DNA from: Naegleria gruberi
Taxonomy: Eukaryota
NCBI GenBank assembly: GCA_000004985.1
Contig: GG738852.1
Direction: 5' to 3' (one strand)
DNA: 64,000 bases
The notes beneath the pieces were generated by a model. The model worked only from the letters and a program-made list of their open reading frames with translations. It was not told the DNA's origin and did no database searches. Made by a program: the position numbers and the translations under genes. The first letter of the stretch is position 1; each line of letters begins with the position of its first letter. Positions 1 through 12,101 of this stretch are shown here, one piece after another.

Positions 1-647
1 AATTTAAATTGTAATTGGTCAACTACAATTTTAGATTCAAAAACATGTTTACAAAATTCAATTCCACTCACAAGCGACACTAATGTCATTACATTCTTTG
101 TATTATCTACACAAACCATGAAAGGATAATAAACAGCAAATTGAACAGATGTTTGATTAATAAAATTATTCGAATCTAATTTGAAATTCAACTTATTGGA
201 AATATAAAATTGCTTAATTGATCCCATTGCCTCTCTTTGATAAGGAATAAACTCACATTCCTTATTGAGTGTAATTAATTTTCTTTTTCTATTATTTTTC
301 TTTTTACATTCCTTTTTTAAAAGTTGATGAAATAAATTTCCATTTTTAGAATCATCACGAATAAAATCCAATTTAATTTCATCAAATTGAGAATAAATTG
401 AATCGTCGGACCCGAATAATTCTCTATATTGTTCATTCAAGTTTAATCTTCCACTTGTCGAATTTAAATAACAAATTTTAATTAATGCATGATGAAATGA
501 TGAAGTTGATGAAAAGAAAGTTGAATTCCAATAATTGCATACAAGCGAACACGATTTAAAAAGTGTGCTGACATCCAAGTGAGAAAATATGATCAATAAC
601 ACATAGGGATCATCAATGTGTGAAATTGATATGGTCAATTTGTGCAT
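1..647 (-). CDS. F-box domain protein, 5' part only (ATG at 647-645; ORF stays open to position 1 and continues beyond the window)
   Basis: Manual minus-strand translation gives MHKLTISISHIDDPYVLLIIFSHLDVSTLFKSCSLVCNYWNS..., an F-box-like motif, followed by about 200 aa with no stop. It is absent from the ORF track because there is no in-window stop. Confidence 0.5.
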   Translation of the reverse strand, partial: MHKLTISISHIDDPYVLLIIFSHLDVSTLFKSCSLVCNYWNSTFFSSTSSFHHALIKICYLNSTSGRLNLNEQYRELFGSDDSIYSQFDEIKLDFIRDDSKNGNLFHQLLKKECKKKNNRKRKLITLNKECEFIPYQREAMGSIKQFYISNKLNFKLDSNNFINQTSVQFAVYYPFMVCVDNTKNVMTLVSLVSGIEFCKHVFESKIVVDQLQFK

Positions 648-751
648 TTTTTTGAAATAGTTTTTATCTAGATGGTATTCGAAGAAATTATAAGATAATG
701 CAGTTCATACGAATCCAATTGATATTTCAATCCACATTGTTACTTCTTTAT

Positions 752-1470
752 TTATCTAATCAAAAGCAAACTCATAACAAAACCAACAGTAATATAAATA
801 ATCATTACTAAGGAGAAAGTAGATGAAGATTCACTTTCCTTTCTATCCATATAATCATAATAATTGGATGGAAGTGGAGTAATGTAATCTGGAATTTTTC
901 CAATCATTTCAACAGTCTTACTACATGAGCTAGGTGCAAAAAAGTCAACCTTCATAATCTTGGCGTCATTATGTCTACACATATCATCCAATCCAGCTGG
1001 TCTTGGAGATTTAAAGTTGGTTTTGGCAAATAATATACTACTCTTATCTCCTTGTTTGAAATTGTAATACTTTTCGTATCCAGTTCCAGACATAACCAAT
1101 GGTCTTTCAAAGACAATATTAATATTGGATGAGGTATTAGTGGTTCTCGAATATCCTGCTCCTTTGAGTTGAGGAACAAGCTTATCAGGAATAGCATCGG
1201 AACCAGCAATGTATTCATGGAAGTAATGATTATAGTAGACATCTCTGTATCCAACATAGATTAAGCTGTTTAGCATTTTGGAATTATCTACACCTCCATC
1301 AACTGGAACTGGATCTAAATACTCATATCCCTATTTAATAATAGTAATATTTAAATATTAAAATTGAAGAAATTAATAATCTAAATAATTAATTATAAAC
1401 GTACACTTCTGAATCCGATGCCAGCCCACCCATTAGCAGCATCAGTAAAAACAGCTCTTCCATCTATCCA
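752..1470 (-). CDS. Hypothetical secreted/membrane protein (C-terminal TM). Terminal exon 752..1331; upstream exon about 1395..1470 joined through a 61-nt GTACGT...AAATAG intron. Further 5' exons (signal-peptide-like MMSLRLGFAAVVIVLLL around 1680) are unresolved.
   Basis: ORF 752..1276 stays open upstream to the acceptor AAATAG|GGATATGAG at 1331. The phase-0 join gives ...TDAANGWAGIGFRS|GYEYLDPVPVDGG.... There is a hydrophobic C-terminus. Confidence 0.4.
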
Positions 1471-2206
1471 TCATTTAATAATAATATATTAATTTCCAAT
1501 CTTTAAATACCATCAAATATTAAACCTACAAATCTTTGAATCCTTAATCGTCCAGAAGAAGTAATTATTATTGTACTCCACACAATTCTCATACACAACA
1601 TCAGCATCAACAAACAAAATACTTCCGAGCAGGAGGACTATCACCACAGCTGCAAATCCCAATCTAAGGCTCATCATCAACAGCTAAGATTTTTTCTAAA
1701 TAAAAGAACAATATTTTCAGAGGGGAAATCAAGATAAGGTGATCAGTCTGATCTTACGGCGTTTTGAAACGCCCTTAAACATAACTAACTGTTGTATCGG
1801 AGGTTTTTGAGAAGATCCTCGAAATGAAATATTTCTTCAGGTGGTTATGATCTGACATCTAATCCATTATAATAGATAATACTTGTACGGTAACAATTCC
1901 ATTAAACCTGATATTGTTTCTAATAATTTTTCAGTTTGTTGAAGTTCGAATAAACTTATCCTTTAGAGGAAAACAAACACTCAAATTCCGAGCCAATGAG
2001 TAGCCCACAAATAGATGAATCTTATAAATGTTGTGAAATATTCACACAACCCATTCGATATCTCAACATCAGTAATGTAACATTCTTTGAAGATTCCTCC
2101 AAATTGACAACTTTTTTTGCATGAAACACCTTCAACCTCGCAGGGATCTAGCCGCAAACTGGATTTGGCGCGGTTTTGAAAACCAATTAAAATCCTCCTC
2201 GAAAAA

Positions 2207-3380
2207 ATGTCCAAAAAGCAAAGAATGGATCCACAAGGTTATCTCTTGGCCACTGATGAAATATCCGTTGTCCTATCATTCATCAATGATCACAAGACAT
2301 TAAATAATTTATCATTGTGTAACAAGGCCATACACAGTCAAATCGATCACATTGTGAATGGTTTGGTAGAAAGTCCACAGAAATTAATAGATTTTTGGAG
2401 AAGTAAATCGATTGATCCTGTTCTTGCATTCACCTATTTGAAGGAGACAAAAATCAAGTTACCATCCTATTCAGAAACTTTATTGAAATCATGCAATATG
2501 CATGTTGATTTGTTTTACAAAGCTTTCAAGTAAGTAGTTGTAGTATTGTTAATCATTATTTCACACATTTTAAAACCAAAACCTACTAAAATCATGATAA
2601 TGAAACAGTCGTTGTCCAGGAGGAAATGTTGATGCATTTATTCTAATGTGGAGACTTTTATTCACACATGATGAAGGACTCAAAGTTTGGCGTTGTTCTG
2701 CAAGAAACTGGGATGGCTCTTATTATGCATATAATCCATTTTGGAGTGAAGAAAAGAAGCCAAATTGGCCACAACTTTTGAAATGTATTATGAAGCAATC
2801 CATCAAGCATAAATCAGTTCTTTTCACCGAATTGATTCCTGAATTTGATAGTGATGAGTATGATACTGATTGGGCTCAAGTTCAAGCTCAAGTTTTTGTT
2901 AATAATGCCAAATTACTTGATTTTAAAAAGAAACTTGTAACAAACAAGAAGGAAAATACTAATCCAATCAAGACAGCTAAGAAATCTAAAAAGTCTAAAA
3001 AATCTGATACACCAACCTTAATTGACCACTCCAATCCATTAACTCTTCTAGATGAAATCAAAGAATTTTGTCAAGTCAAACTTCCTGTAAATGAATCAGA
3101 TGATTTTGAAGATGAGTATGGATCCATGTCAAAATCTGGAAAGGAGTTCAGAAGAGGTGCAAAATCAACTAGTCTTGCTGAAAATGATGGTGATTGTGAT
3201 GACGATTATCATGATGTTTTTGCATCTCATTTGGAAAATATTATTGAGAGAATTAAAAAGATTGAACCAGTTCCACCTAAACAAGTATTGAATCAAGATG
3301 ATGATGATCTAATGATAATGAAGACAATGATGAAGAACAAGATGAAGAGGAAGAGGATGAGGATGAATAAATCATCTTGA
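2207..3380 (+). CDS. F-box-like protein with a K/D/E-rich tail; 2 exons (2207..2529, 2609..3380; intron 2530..2608)
   Basis: N-terminus ...LATDEISVVLSFINDHKTLNNLSLCNKAIHSQI resembles an F-box. The donor TTCAA|GTAAGT places TAA inside the intron consensus. The acceptor AAACAG| restores the frame of ORF 2646..3380. Confidence 0.5.
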
Positions 3381-3475
3381 ATTTTACTGTATTTCCAATA
3401 AATACAAATTCAAACAACATTGATCTTGCAACAATTAAGTGGTTGTCAATTTTCTTTCAAGTTATTATTAAAAAA

Positions 3476-6400
3476 ATGAATAAATTGCGTTCTGTTGTGT
3501 CAAAGAAGAAACAACGTTACCAAAAGGAAGGTTTTGACCTCGACTTGACGTACATTAGTGATCGTGTCATTAGGTAAGTTTCTACTCGAAAGACAATAGT
3601 TTCGAATAAAGAATAGTATGGGTTTCCCTTCAACAGGTGCAGAAAGTTTGTACAGAAATCCTTTGGAAGAAGTAAAATCCTTTTTCCAGTCCAAACACGA
3701 CGACCACTACAAGATTTATAATTTGTGTTCGGAGAAGAATTATGATCCTAGTGTATTTTCGAATCGTGTTGCTAGGTAAGTTTCGAATAGAATAATAATA
3801 GTAACACCTTTTATAGATTCCCATTTGATGACCACAATGCTCCACATTTTTCATTAATTTTGGATTTTTGTGAAGGTGAGTTTAAAGTTTCGAATTGTTT
3901 GATGGAATTGTATAGATGCTTGTCGTTACTTGATGGAAGATAAACAAAATACTCTTGCTGTTCACTGTAAAGGTAAGTCTAAATTGCTATGAATTCATTC
4001 CATTGACATGTGACTTTAGCCGGCAAAGGAAGAACTGTATGTTTTTCTAATAGTATTTGAAAATTAATGTTTTAACAACAAAAAATATCCATTAACAATT
4101 ATCATCAACACACAACCGATATTTCATCATCAATCATACCAATTATGTCATTGCACAAATTTCTCTCTCAAATAGGGTACTATGGTTTCATCTTTGATGA
4201 TTTATACTGGTTTCTGCTCAACTGCATCCGAAGCTATGGAATTATTTGGTAGAATCAGATGTAATGATTCTAAAGGTGTGACTATTCCTTCTCAGAAGAG
4301 GTAAGTTTTGATGCATTTTTCTTCATTTACTAAAGATTTTCAATGTTAATCATTCGATCATTGTGAAATCTCTGAAATAGATATGTTCAATATTTTGAGG
4401 AATGTGTTGTTCATAGAGGAATGAGATTTCCAACAAAAGATGCGAAAATTACACTCAAAGCTGTTCATATGAATTCAGTTCCACACTTTGATAGAGATGA
4501 AGGAAGTGATCCATACTTTGTCATTCATCAACCTTTCTATGATAAGGAAACAAGAGATAATTATCGTATGGAAAAGTTATTTGATTATTCGGTAAGTTGA
4601 TCATTTTACATAATTTGCTGAAATTCACACAATTTGTAGCAAAATGAAAAAGTTAAACATTTAAAGAAGGGAGAGGAAGTTTGGATTAAAAATTTGAATA
4701 TTGACCTTTCTGGTGACTTTAGAATGATTTTCTATGATATGGATAAAGTCAAGAAGGATGAAAAAATGTTCATGCTTTGGTTGAATACAAACTTTTTACA
4801 CTTGCACCAACCTTACAATTCTTCCAATTCAATTCCACATAGAAAATTTTTGGGTCCTAATGATATTGTTGTTAGAATTCCAAAAGTTGAATTGGATAAA
4901 GCTGTAAAAGACAAGAAGAATCAAGCATTTGATGCTGATTTTTATGTTGACTTGATTATTGAAGTGAAGGAACCAAGTCAATATTCTGAACCACACAAAT
5001 TTGTGTACAATACACCAGACAGTGGAAAGGAATTGTTTGGAGAAATTCAACAATACGCTAAAACTGAAGCTTCAAGCAAGGAAAAGGAAAAAGCCAGAAA
5101 ACAATACGAACAAGGTAGAGAATTCTTTGCATTGAAACAATATTCCAATGCTGTTACATCTTTCTCGAATGCTATTTTGATTGATAGTGGATTTGAGGAA
5201 GCTTACATGTCAAGAGGTTTAGCTAACATGAATTTGAAACGTTTCCCTGAAGCAATTTACGATTTCACAACTGTTTTGAATATTCTGGCTAAGGGAACTA
5301 CAAGTTTGGGTGAAGATATTCCAATTCAAGATAGTATTACAATTACTTTAAGAGCATATCACTCCAGAGGTAAATGTCATACTAAAATGAAGGAATATGA
5401 ATTTGCCATCAAGGATTATGATAGTGCCACTTCAATTTTAGAACATGCTCAACATATTGGAAACGATGGATGTTCTACCACTACTGTATCCAACAATAAT
5501 CACTCTACATCTCCTTTCACTGATTCACTCTTCCAAACATTCTTTAGAGTTTATCTCGATAGAGGTCTCATTAACGATGCTCTTCAAAAATACTCTGACT
5601 GTATTATTGATTATACTAACTTTATCAAATATATGGATCCACTCTCTGAATCTCTAGTTGTTAAATTGAGAGAAGGTAAAATAACTGCAAACAAGTATGA
5701 ACAATACTTGTTTGAATTGTTCCAAGCCTTTTACAATAAGGCAATTGCTATTGGAAAGGTCGATAATTATCCTAACAAGGAAACTCAAGTATTCCATGAC
5801 TTGAACAAGGCAGTTGATTATATTGAAAAGATGTCTGACCCAATTAACAGTCCAGATGCTCTAGTATTTGGTCAAGTCTACCTTGCCAGAGGTGATAGAC
5901 AAACAGATAAGGAAGCTGCCATTAACGATTTCCTTAAATGTCTCTTATATGATAAGACTAACAGGATAGCTACAAAGAGATTGGCTGTTTTACTCTATGA
6001 ACAAAAGCAGTACAAGAGAGCTGTTCTCTATTTTTCAAAACTCATCAAGGATGAACCACAAAATGTCAAAATGCTTACCAATAGAGCTATTTGTTATTTA
6101 AAATTGGAACTTTATGAAAATGCCATTGTTGATTTTAAGGCAGCTCAGAATTTATCACCTGATACTATGAATTTATATGTACAATGTGCCAGATGCTACA
6201 GAAGAAAACACGAACTCTCAGACCCAGCTCAAATACCTCAAAAAGAATTGGAAGATTGTGAAATTCAATATTCAACAGCTATTGATTATCTTCAAAAGAG
6301 AAAGAAGGCAGCTACTCCATCCACTCCAAGCACACCAACTCTCTCTTCATCCTCAACTATTAAGGACGATGATCTTAAAACTCTCTACTTTGAACGTGGT

Positions 6401-6724
6401 ATGACTAGATTCGCTCTGAAAAAATACGAAAGTGCTATTCTCGATTATAGTCATTGTCTTGAACTCGACCCAAATCATTCCCTAGCTCTCTACAATAGAG
6501 CTTACACTCGTCAAAAATTCTTGAAACAATACGACAAGGCCATCACTGACTATGAACAAGTTCTGACCTTCAATTCATCTGATCTAAAGGCACGTCTTGA
6601 AAAGGGATGTTGCCTCTACTATTTAAAGAAAGATGAAGAAGCAATTATGGAATGGCAATTAGTATTGAAAAAAGATCCAAACAATGAAGCTGCCAAAGTG
6701 TATCTTTCCCAATTAGCTAAATAA
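3476..6724 (+). CDS. PTEN-like lipid/protein phosphatase (phosphatase + C2 domain) fused to a C-terminal TPR-repeat domain of roughly 480 aa. 8 exons: 3476..3573, 3617..3775, 3817..3875, 3916..3972, 4020..4036, 4176..4300, 4381..4591, 4640..6724.
   Basis: The spliced product reads KKQRYQKEGFDLDLTYISDRVIS|MGFPSTGAESLYRNP...HYKIYNLCSEKNYD...FPFDDHNAPHFSLILDFCE|DACRYLMEDKQNTLAVHCKAGKGRTGTMVSSLMIYTGF...KGVTIPSQKRYVQYFEE.... This is collinear with human PTEN including the HCKAGKGRTG P-loop, followed by a C2-like region (MFMLWLNTNF). Exon 8 continues into many TPR-like 34-aa repeats (AYMSRGLANMNLKRFPEAIYDF...). Confidence 0.85.
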
Positions 6725-6808
6725 ATATTCACTCCATTTTAACTCAATTCAACAAAGTTTTTAAAAAAAAAATCAACAAATTTTCTCGCTTTTTAAAAAT
6801 AGAAAAAA

Positions 6809-9800
6809 ATGAATAAACGACTAGAGGAATTTTCTCCTAAGCCAGTTGTTCGGAGCAGTAGAACAGCTGCTGCATCATCAAGTAATAGTAATATGGATGC
6901 TGATGATGATCAATTAATGGTAATTGATGAAAAAATCCTTCAAGAATTTAAACAATTTCACTCATCAGAAATGATTGAATATAATTCTAAAAAGTTTATT
7001 GAAAAGTATTGGAGCAATACACAAGAGAAGAACGAAAAGACCATGTATTTGGTAACCTTTTTACGTGATGTGATATATAAAGTACCAGAACATGAAGAAA
7101 AGGAATTACAAGTTTCGGAGAGGACACAAACAAACAGACAAAGATTAGAAGATTTGTTGGGAGGCTTGACCGGAGGAAATACTCCTACCATTAACAATTT
7201 TATGCAGCTATTGTCTGGATTGAGAGATCAACCAATGCCCATCACTACTTATTCTGAAGTTATAGTAAATCCTGATGAAACGGTAGAGATTGGATCCGAT
7301 TGGTTGTCTTGCTTGTTATGTTATGGACAAATGCAAAAGGAAGCACAGTACAAGAGAATATTAACAACAAATAGAGGAGTTTGTGGTAAAACTTGGACAG
7401 TTGGACAAATTGCATTCAAATGTAAAACTTGTCAGATGGATCCAACTTGTGCTATTTGTGAAGAATGTTTCAAGAAGGGAAATCATGAAGGACATGATTA
7501 TTCCATGACTAGAAATTCTAATGGTATGTGTGATTGTGGTGATGTTGAAGCTTGGAGTGTATCAGGTTTTTGTTGTGATCATACTGGAAGAAGTGATCCT
7601 CTGGCCCACTTGACCCCTGATTATTTGGAACTTTTGAAAGCCATCACCAAAGGATTATTCTCTAAAGAGGGTGTCATTAATAATTACATTCGAGAAATTA
7701 CAACCAAGTACAAATCGTTAAAAGATGAAGGTTCCAGAAAAAAGTCATTCCAACTGCAAACTCTCTACCAAAATTTCAAACAAGTTCTAGAAACTGTTTT
7801 GGAAAATTTTGATTCATCACCTTGTCTCAAAAAGTTAGCATATTTGGAACTTAAAGAGTTGAAAAAGGGATCGACGTCTCTAGATGAAATATTACTGAGC
7901 ATACCATCAATGACTCAACCAATCAAGTATTTGTATTCTGATATCTTTATGTCTTTCATAACAGACATTGATTTTAAAACATTTTTCTCGGAGAGATTTA
8001 TTGCTCATTACTCCATAATTATTGAAGACTACAAGGAATATTTGAAAACAAAAAATAAGGAAAATCGTGAAGATGATGAGAGAAAGTCAGTCCACATCTC
8101 TTCTCTTTCTGTTCAGCTATTAACTACTCCAACCGTAGCTGCCCACTTGATAGAAAATTGCAACTTGGTCTCAGTTCTTTTAGATACGTTAATAGAAACT
8201 GTAGAGGATGAATCTATAATGGATGAGACTAGAAATAATAGATTAGTTTATAATCCTGAAGCCAATTCTAAAAAAGTAGAAGCTCTGTATCATATCATTT
8301 TTGATATTAACTATTGTGTTATGCATCAAAAATTCAGTGATCATGTTTTACTCAATGAAGATTGCTACCACAAATTTTTAACATTCCTCTCCTATCTTCA
8401 AGCAACAATTGATATTAATAGAAAAGATAGCGATGACTCTCAATGGTATACGGCCTTCAATTTGGAGATGGGTACTTTACCTAAAATCATTAGATCCATT
8501 ACCAGTTTTATCGAAGGATATGCTAATGATTCAAAATATAAGACTATCCTCCGTCAATTAATTATGAATCTCAGCAAGATCATTTTGGATGATAACTTTG
8601 AAATTGAAACAGATGGTACTGTAAAAGTTAATCCATTCAATATTCCAATTACATACAACTTACCATTGCACAGGTTTGCAACAACCATATTCAAACAATT
8701 AATGTCAATATTCCCAACTGTTTCTCTCAAGTCATCTATTTCTGAAATTTTAGAACAAACATCACCAAACTCGCCACAAGTAACAAATCAATTCTTAATA
8801 CAGTTACTTGAACAGCCACTCAAAATTTTTGTTACTTCAGCCCAAATTACTGCTAGACTTTGGCAAAGAAATCATGAACATAGTAAGTAATTTAAATTTG
8901 AAAATCTTAAGATCAATTTTTCCAGTTCTTGAGCAATCTTATAATTATAATTCTGAAGCTTTTGGTGATTACACCTATTGTAATGACATATTCTTGATTC
9001 AAATTATTAGTGGACTCATGGATAATCATGATTTAATATTTAGAACACTTATCAAAAAGTTCAACAACTCCTTGGATGAATTGAAATTGTTTACCAAGGA
9101 AAAGCTAAAAGAAGATGAAGATAAAAGATCCATTTTGGAAGAAGAGTTTGCAAGACTCTTAGTTTGCATAAGTACCAACAGAGTATTTATGGATTCAATG
9201 AGCAACTTTGATATTTGTAGAAAATATGTTCTTCATTACTTGTTTACTGAGGAAAAATGCAAATTTTCAGATATTGTTTCGGCAGTTCCAAAATCCTTCA
9301 GAGCAGCTGGTATTGATCTCAAAGTTATTGTAAACGAAGTTGCTAATTTCCACAAGCCAAAAGGATCTCACGATCAGGGTTATTTTACTGTAAAATCAAA
9401 TTATTGGGATGAATTGGATCCATACTTTATTGGTATGAGCTCTCAATTATTTTATCAAGCTACAGAACAATACAAGACACAAACAGGGCTAAAACAACCT
9501 CCACCAATTTGTCTGGAAAAGCCAATATTTGCTGCCAATCAACAACTTGAAAGTGGGCTTACAGGATTAATGCTCAGTAATTCACTTTACAAGATAATTT
9601 TCTTTATCATGTATAGAACGATAATTTGGAGAAAGGATTCTAGCCAAGAACAGTTACCAGCTTTTGTTCTTCATTTACTCTTACTCTCACTGAATCATGT
9701 TCCTACTGGTACAGCAGAAGTTTCCCAAATAACTGTTCCTTCTAAACAATCCTTGCTCTCACCAATTAATAGTTATTTGGACATTCCATTTAAAGATGGT

Positions 9801-12080
9801 GAATCTCCAGTCAAGCTCATTCTTCGACCAATAGAAGATAGTGAAGGCAATGAATATTCTATCATTAGAATGCTTTTCGAATTTGGAAATCAAGGTGAAC
9901 TTGTTAATAAGATTTTCAATAGATTGATTGAATTGAACGAAGCTTGTGATAAAATTGTTGTTGAGGCTAGATTAAAGAAAGAAAACACCAGTAATAAGGA
10001 AGAGAAGGAAGCCAAGAAGAAGAGAGCTTTAGCCAATCGTCAAAAATTGTTGGAAAAGATGAATGCCAGTCAGAAAATGTTTGCCCAGAGCTTGGAAGAA
10101 GAGGAAGACACTGTTGACGATTCCGACAAATTGAAATGTGCCCTCTGTCATGACCACAAGTCACCAGAAGGAAACGAGTCTCTTTCTCTCCTCTGCCAAA
10201 TTGTTAACAACCCATTCCCTCAAATCACTAGAAACAAGGAAAATGTATCCCTCTTTGGAAATATTAGAAACAAACCAATTGTTGATATTGGAGAATTAAC
10301 AGAAGCATTTGCTGATGTCAATAAGGAACACAATGTTCAAATTAATTTCTGCTCTCATGCTTGCCATGCCGATTGTTTTGATAGATACTATACAAATCTT
10401 GTTCAAGAAGAATCTAGACGAAGAAGATTTAAAGGTTTTGGTCAAATAGATTTGGAAAGTATGGAAATACTCTGTCCAATTTGTTCTAGAGTGGCAAATT
10501 GTCTCTGCCCAATTGTTTCAAATCATGCCAATTTGCTCCAATCATCCAATTCTGTATCAACAGAATTACCATCACTTGAAACAATCGCTTCATTCATGAA
10601 GGATATTAAGGTTAAGGACAAGGCAGAAGATGTGAAAACTTCCACTACTCTTTCAACTATTTGTGAGAAAATTATTAATAAGAAGAAAGAAGACTTGGGT
10701 GATACTCTCGATCCAATGCCAGTTGATATTGAACCTTTTGAGTTGATTGATTCGGCATACTTTTCCAATACGTTTAGTTCGGAGATCGCTGTAGAGGAAA
10801 TACTTCAAAGAAGTCAACCACATTTACAAGTATTGCCTGAAGCAGTCAGAAAATCCCTCAGCCACGTATTTGGTCTTCTCATTTCATTCCAACAACTTAA
10901 TGAAAAGAATAGAGGAAAGACTCTTCAAGAAATTAATGCAGTAGTTGGTTCAATGATGGGCTTGAAATCCTATGCAAATTTGAGCCTTTATGATGAAGGA
11001 TTTAGAGAAAGAAAGATGTATCTTCCATTCTTGAGTGGAGACATGTTTACACTATTTGTGAGGTTAACAACCTTGCTTTTCTCATCTGAAAGAAAGATGG
11101 ATTCAGCAATGTTCAGAGATTTGTTAATGGTATTCTATACATCACATATCATTCAGATAATTATGCAATGCAACTTGAGACTTCAACAATCATTTAGTAC
11201 AGGCATTCCATCTATTGATAAGGAAATCTCCACAATAGAGAATATTCCAATATTTGAAAGATTTGAACTCAGAACCCTTGAAACTGACATTATTTTATCT
11301 GAAGATGAAATTGCTAAAATGTCCTGCGGTTTCTTAAGAAGAGTTGCTCTGTATTATTCGTTACTTTTCCCAGAAGAAGAAATTCCAACCTCAAGCTCTG
11401 AACATGTAAATTTGACGAATTATCTCCACCTTCCAACAGTAGATAACCTTTTGGTAATGATTAGAGAATCTAACCCTTATTCTGAGTTGATAACTAAATG
11501 GATTGATCAAGTTAAATTGTCCATGCAAAGTCTTTCAAAAGCCCTCAATGAAGAAACACAAGATGAAGATGATGAAGATTTGTATGCTAGTCAAGCTGAT
11601 TCTTTGATACCTTGCTTTGCAACTCCAAAACCTTTCAGCTTTATTGAGCTACCAAGATTATACGAAGATCTCATTCTCAAGCATAACAATGAAAGATGCC
11701 CACTCTGTTCCAAGAAATTGGAAAATCCTGCCATTTGTTTAATCACTGGAGAATTAGTATGGCTGAAGCAATGCACATGTGAGAAGCACATTTGTGGTAA
11801 GCTTACAAGATATACCAGGGAGAAATATTCTGGATTTGGACTCTTCCTTGTTATTAAATCATCGAGAATTTTGCTTATGCACGAAAGTAGATCAGGAATT
11901 TTGCATTCCCCATACCTAGATAGTCATGGAGAAGAAGATAAGAACCTTAAAAGAGGTGTTCCTTTATTCTTCCACAAAGAAAGACTCGATGAAAACATTC
12001 AAAAGTTAGGAAGAATGAATTGGGATCATGATACCATCATTTTGGAAAAATGTTCTAATTTGCAAACTCATGTTTTGTAA
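6809..12080 (+). CDS. UBR1: UBR-box N-recognin E3 ubiquitin ligase (UBR1 family); 2 exons joined by a 43-nt intron (8883..8925)
   Basis: UBR box CGKTWTVGQIAFKCKTCQMDPTCAICEECFKKGNHEGHDYSMTRNSNGMCDCGD at about 7380-7560. RING-like cluster CALCHDHK...CSHACHADCF...CPICSRVANCLCP. C-terminal CPLCSKKLENPAICLITGE. The donor CATA|GTAAGT and acceptor TTTTCCAG| join the 693-aa and 1090-aa ORFs in frame (...EHILEQSYNYN...). Confidence 0.85.
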
Positions 12081-12101
12081 ATCTAATTTATTTTCGATAA
12101 A

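Noticed and set aside
1741-1800. Possible tRNA/snRNA near gatcagtctgatcttacggcgttttgaaacgccc
   Set aside because: Contains a short inverted repeat, but no tRNA hallmarks (no GTTCGAnTC T-loop, no acceptor-stem pairing) could be traced by eye. I found no convincing tRNA anywhere in the window.
3500-3854. Minus-strand ORFs antisense to the PTEN introns/exons
   Set aside because: They overlap the confidently spliced PTEN exons 1-3 on the opposite strand and are short, AT-rich and without homology.
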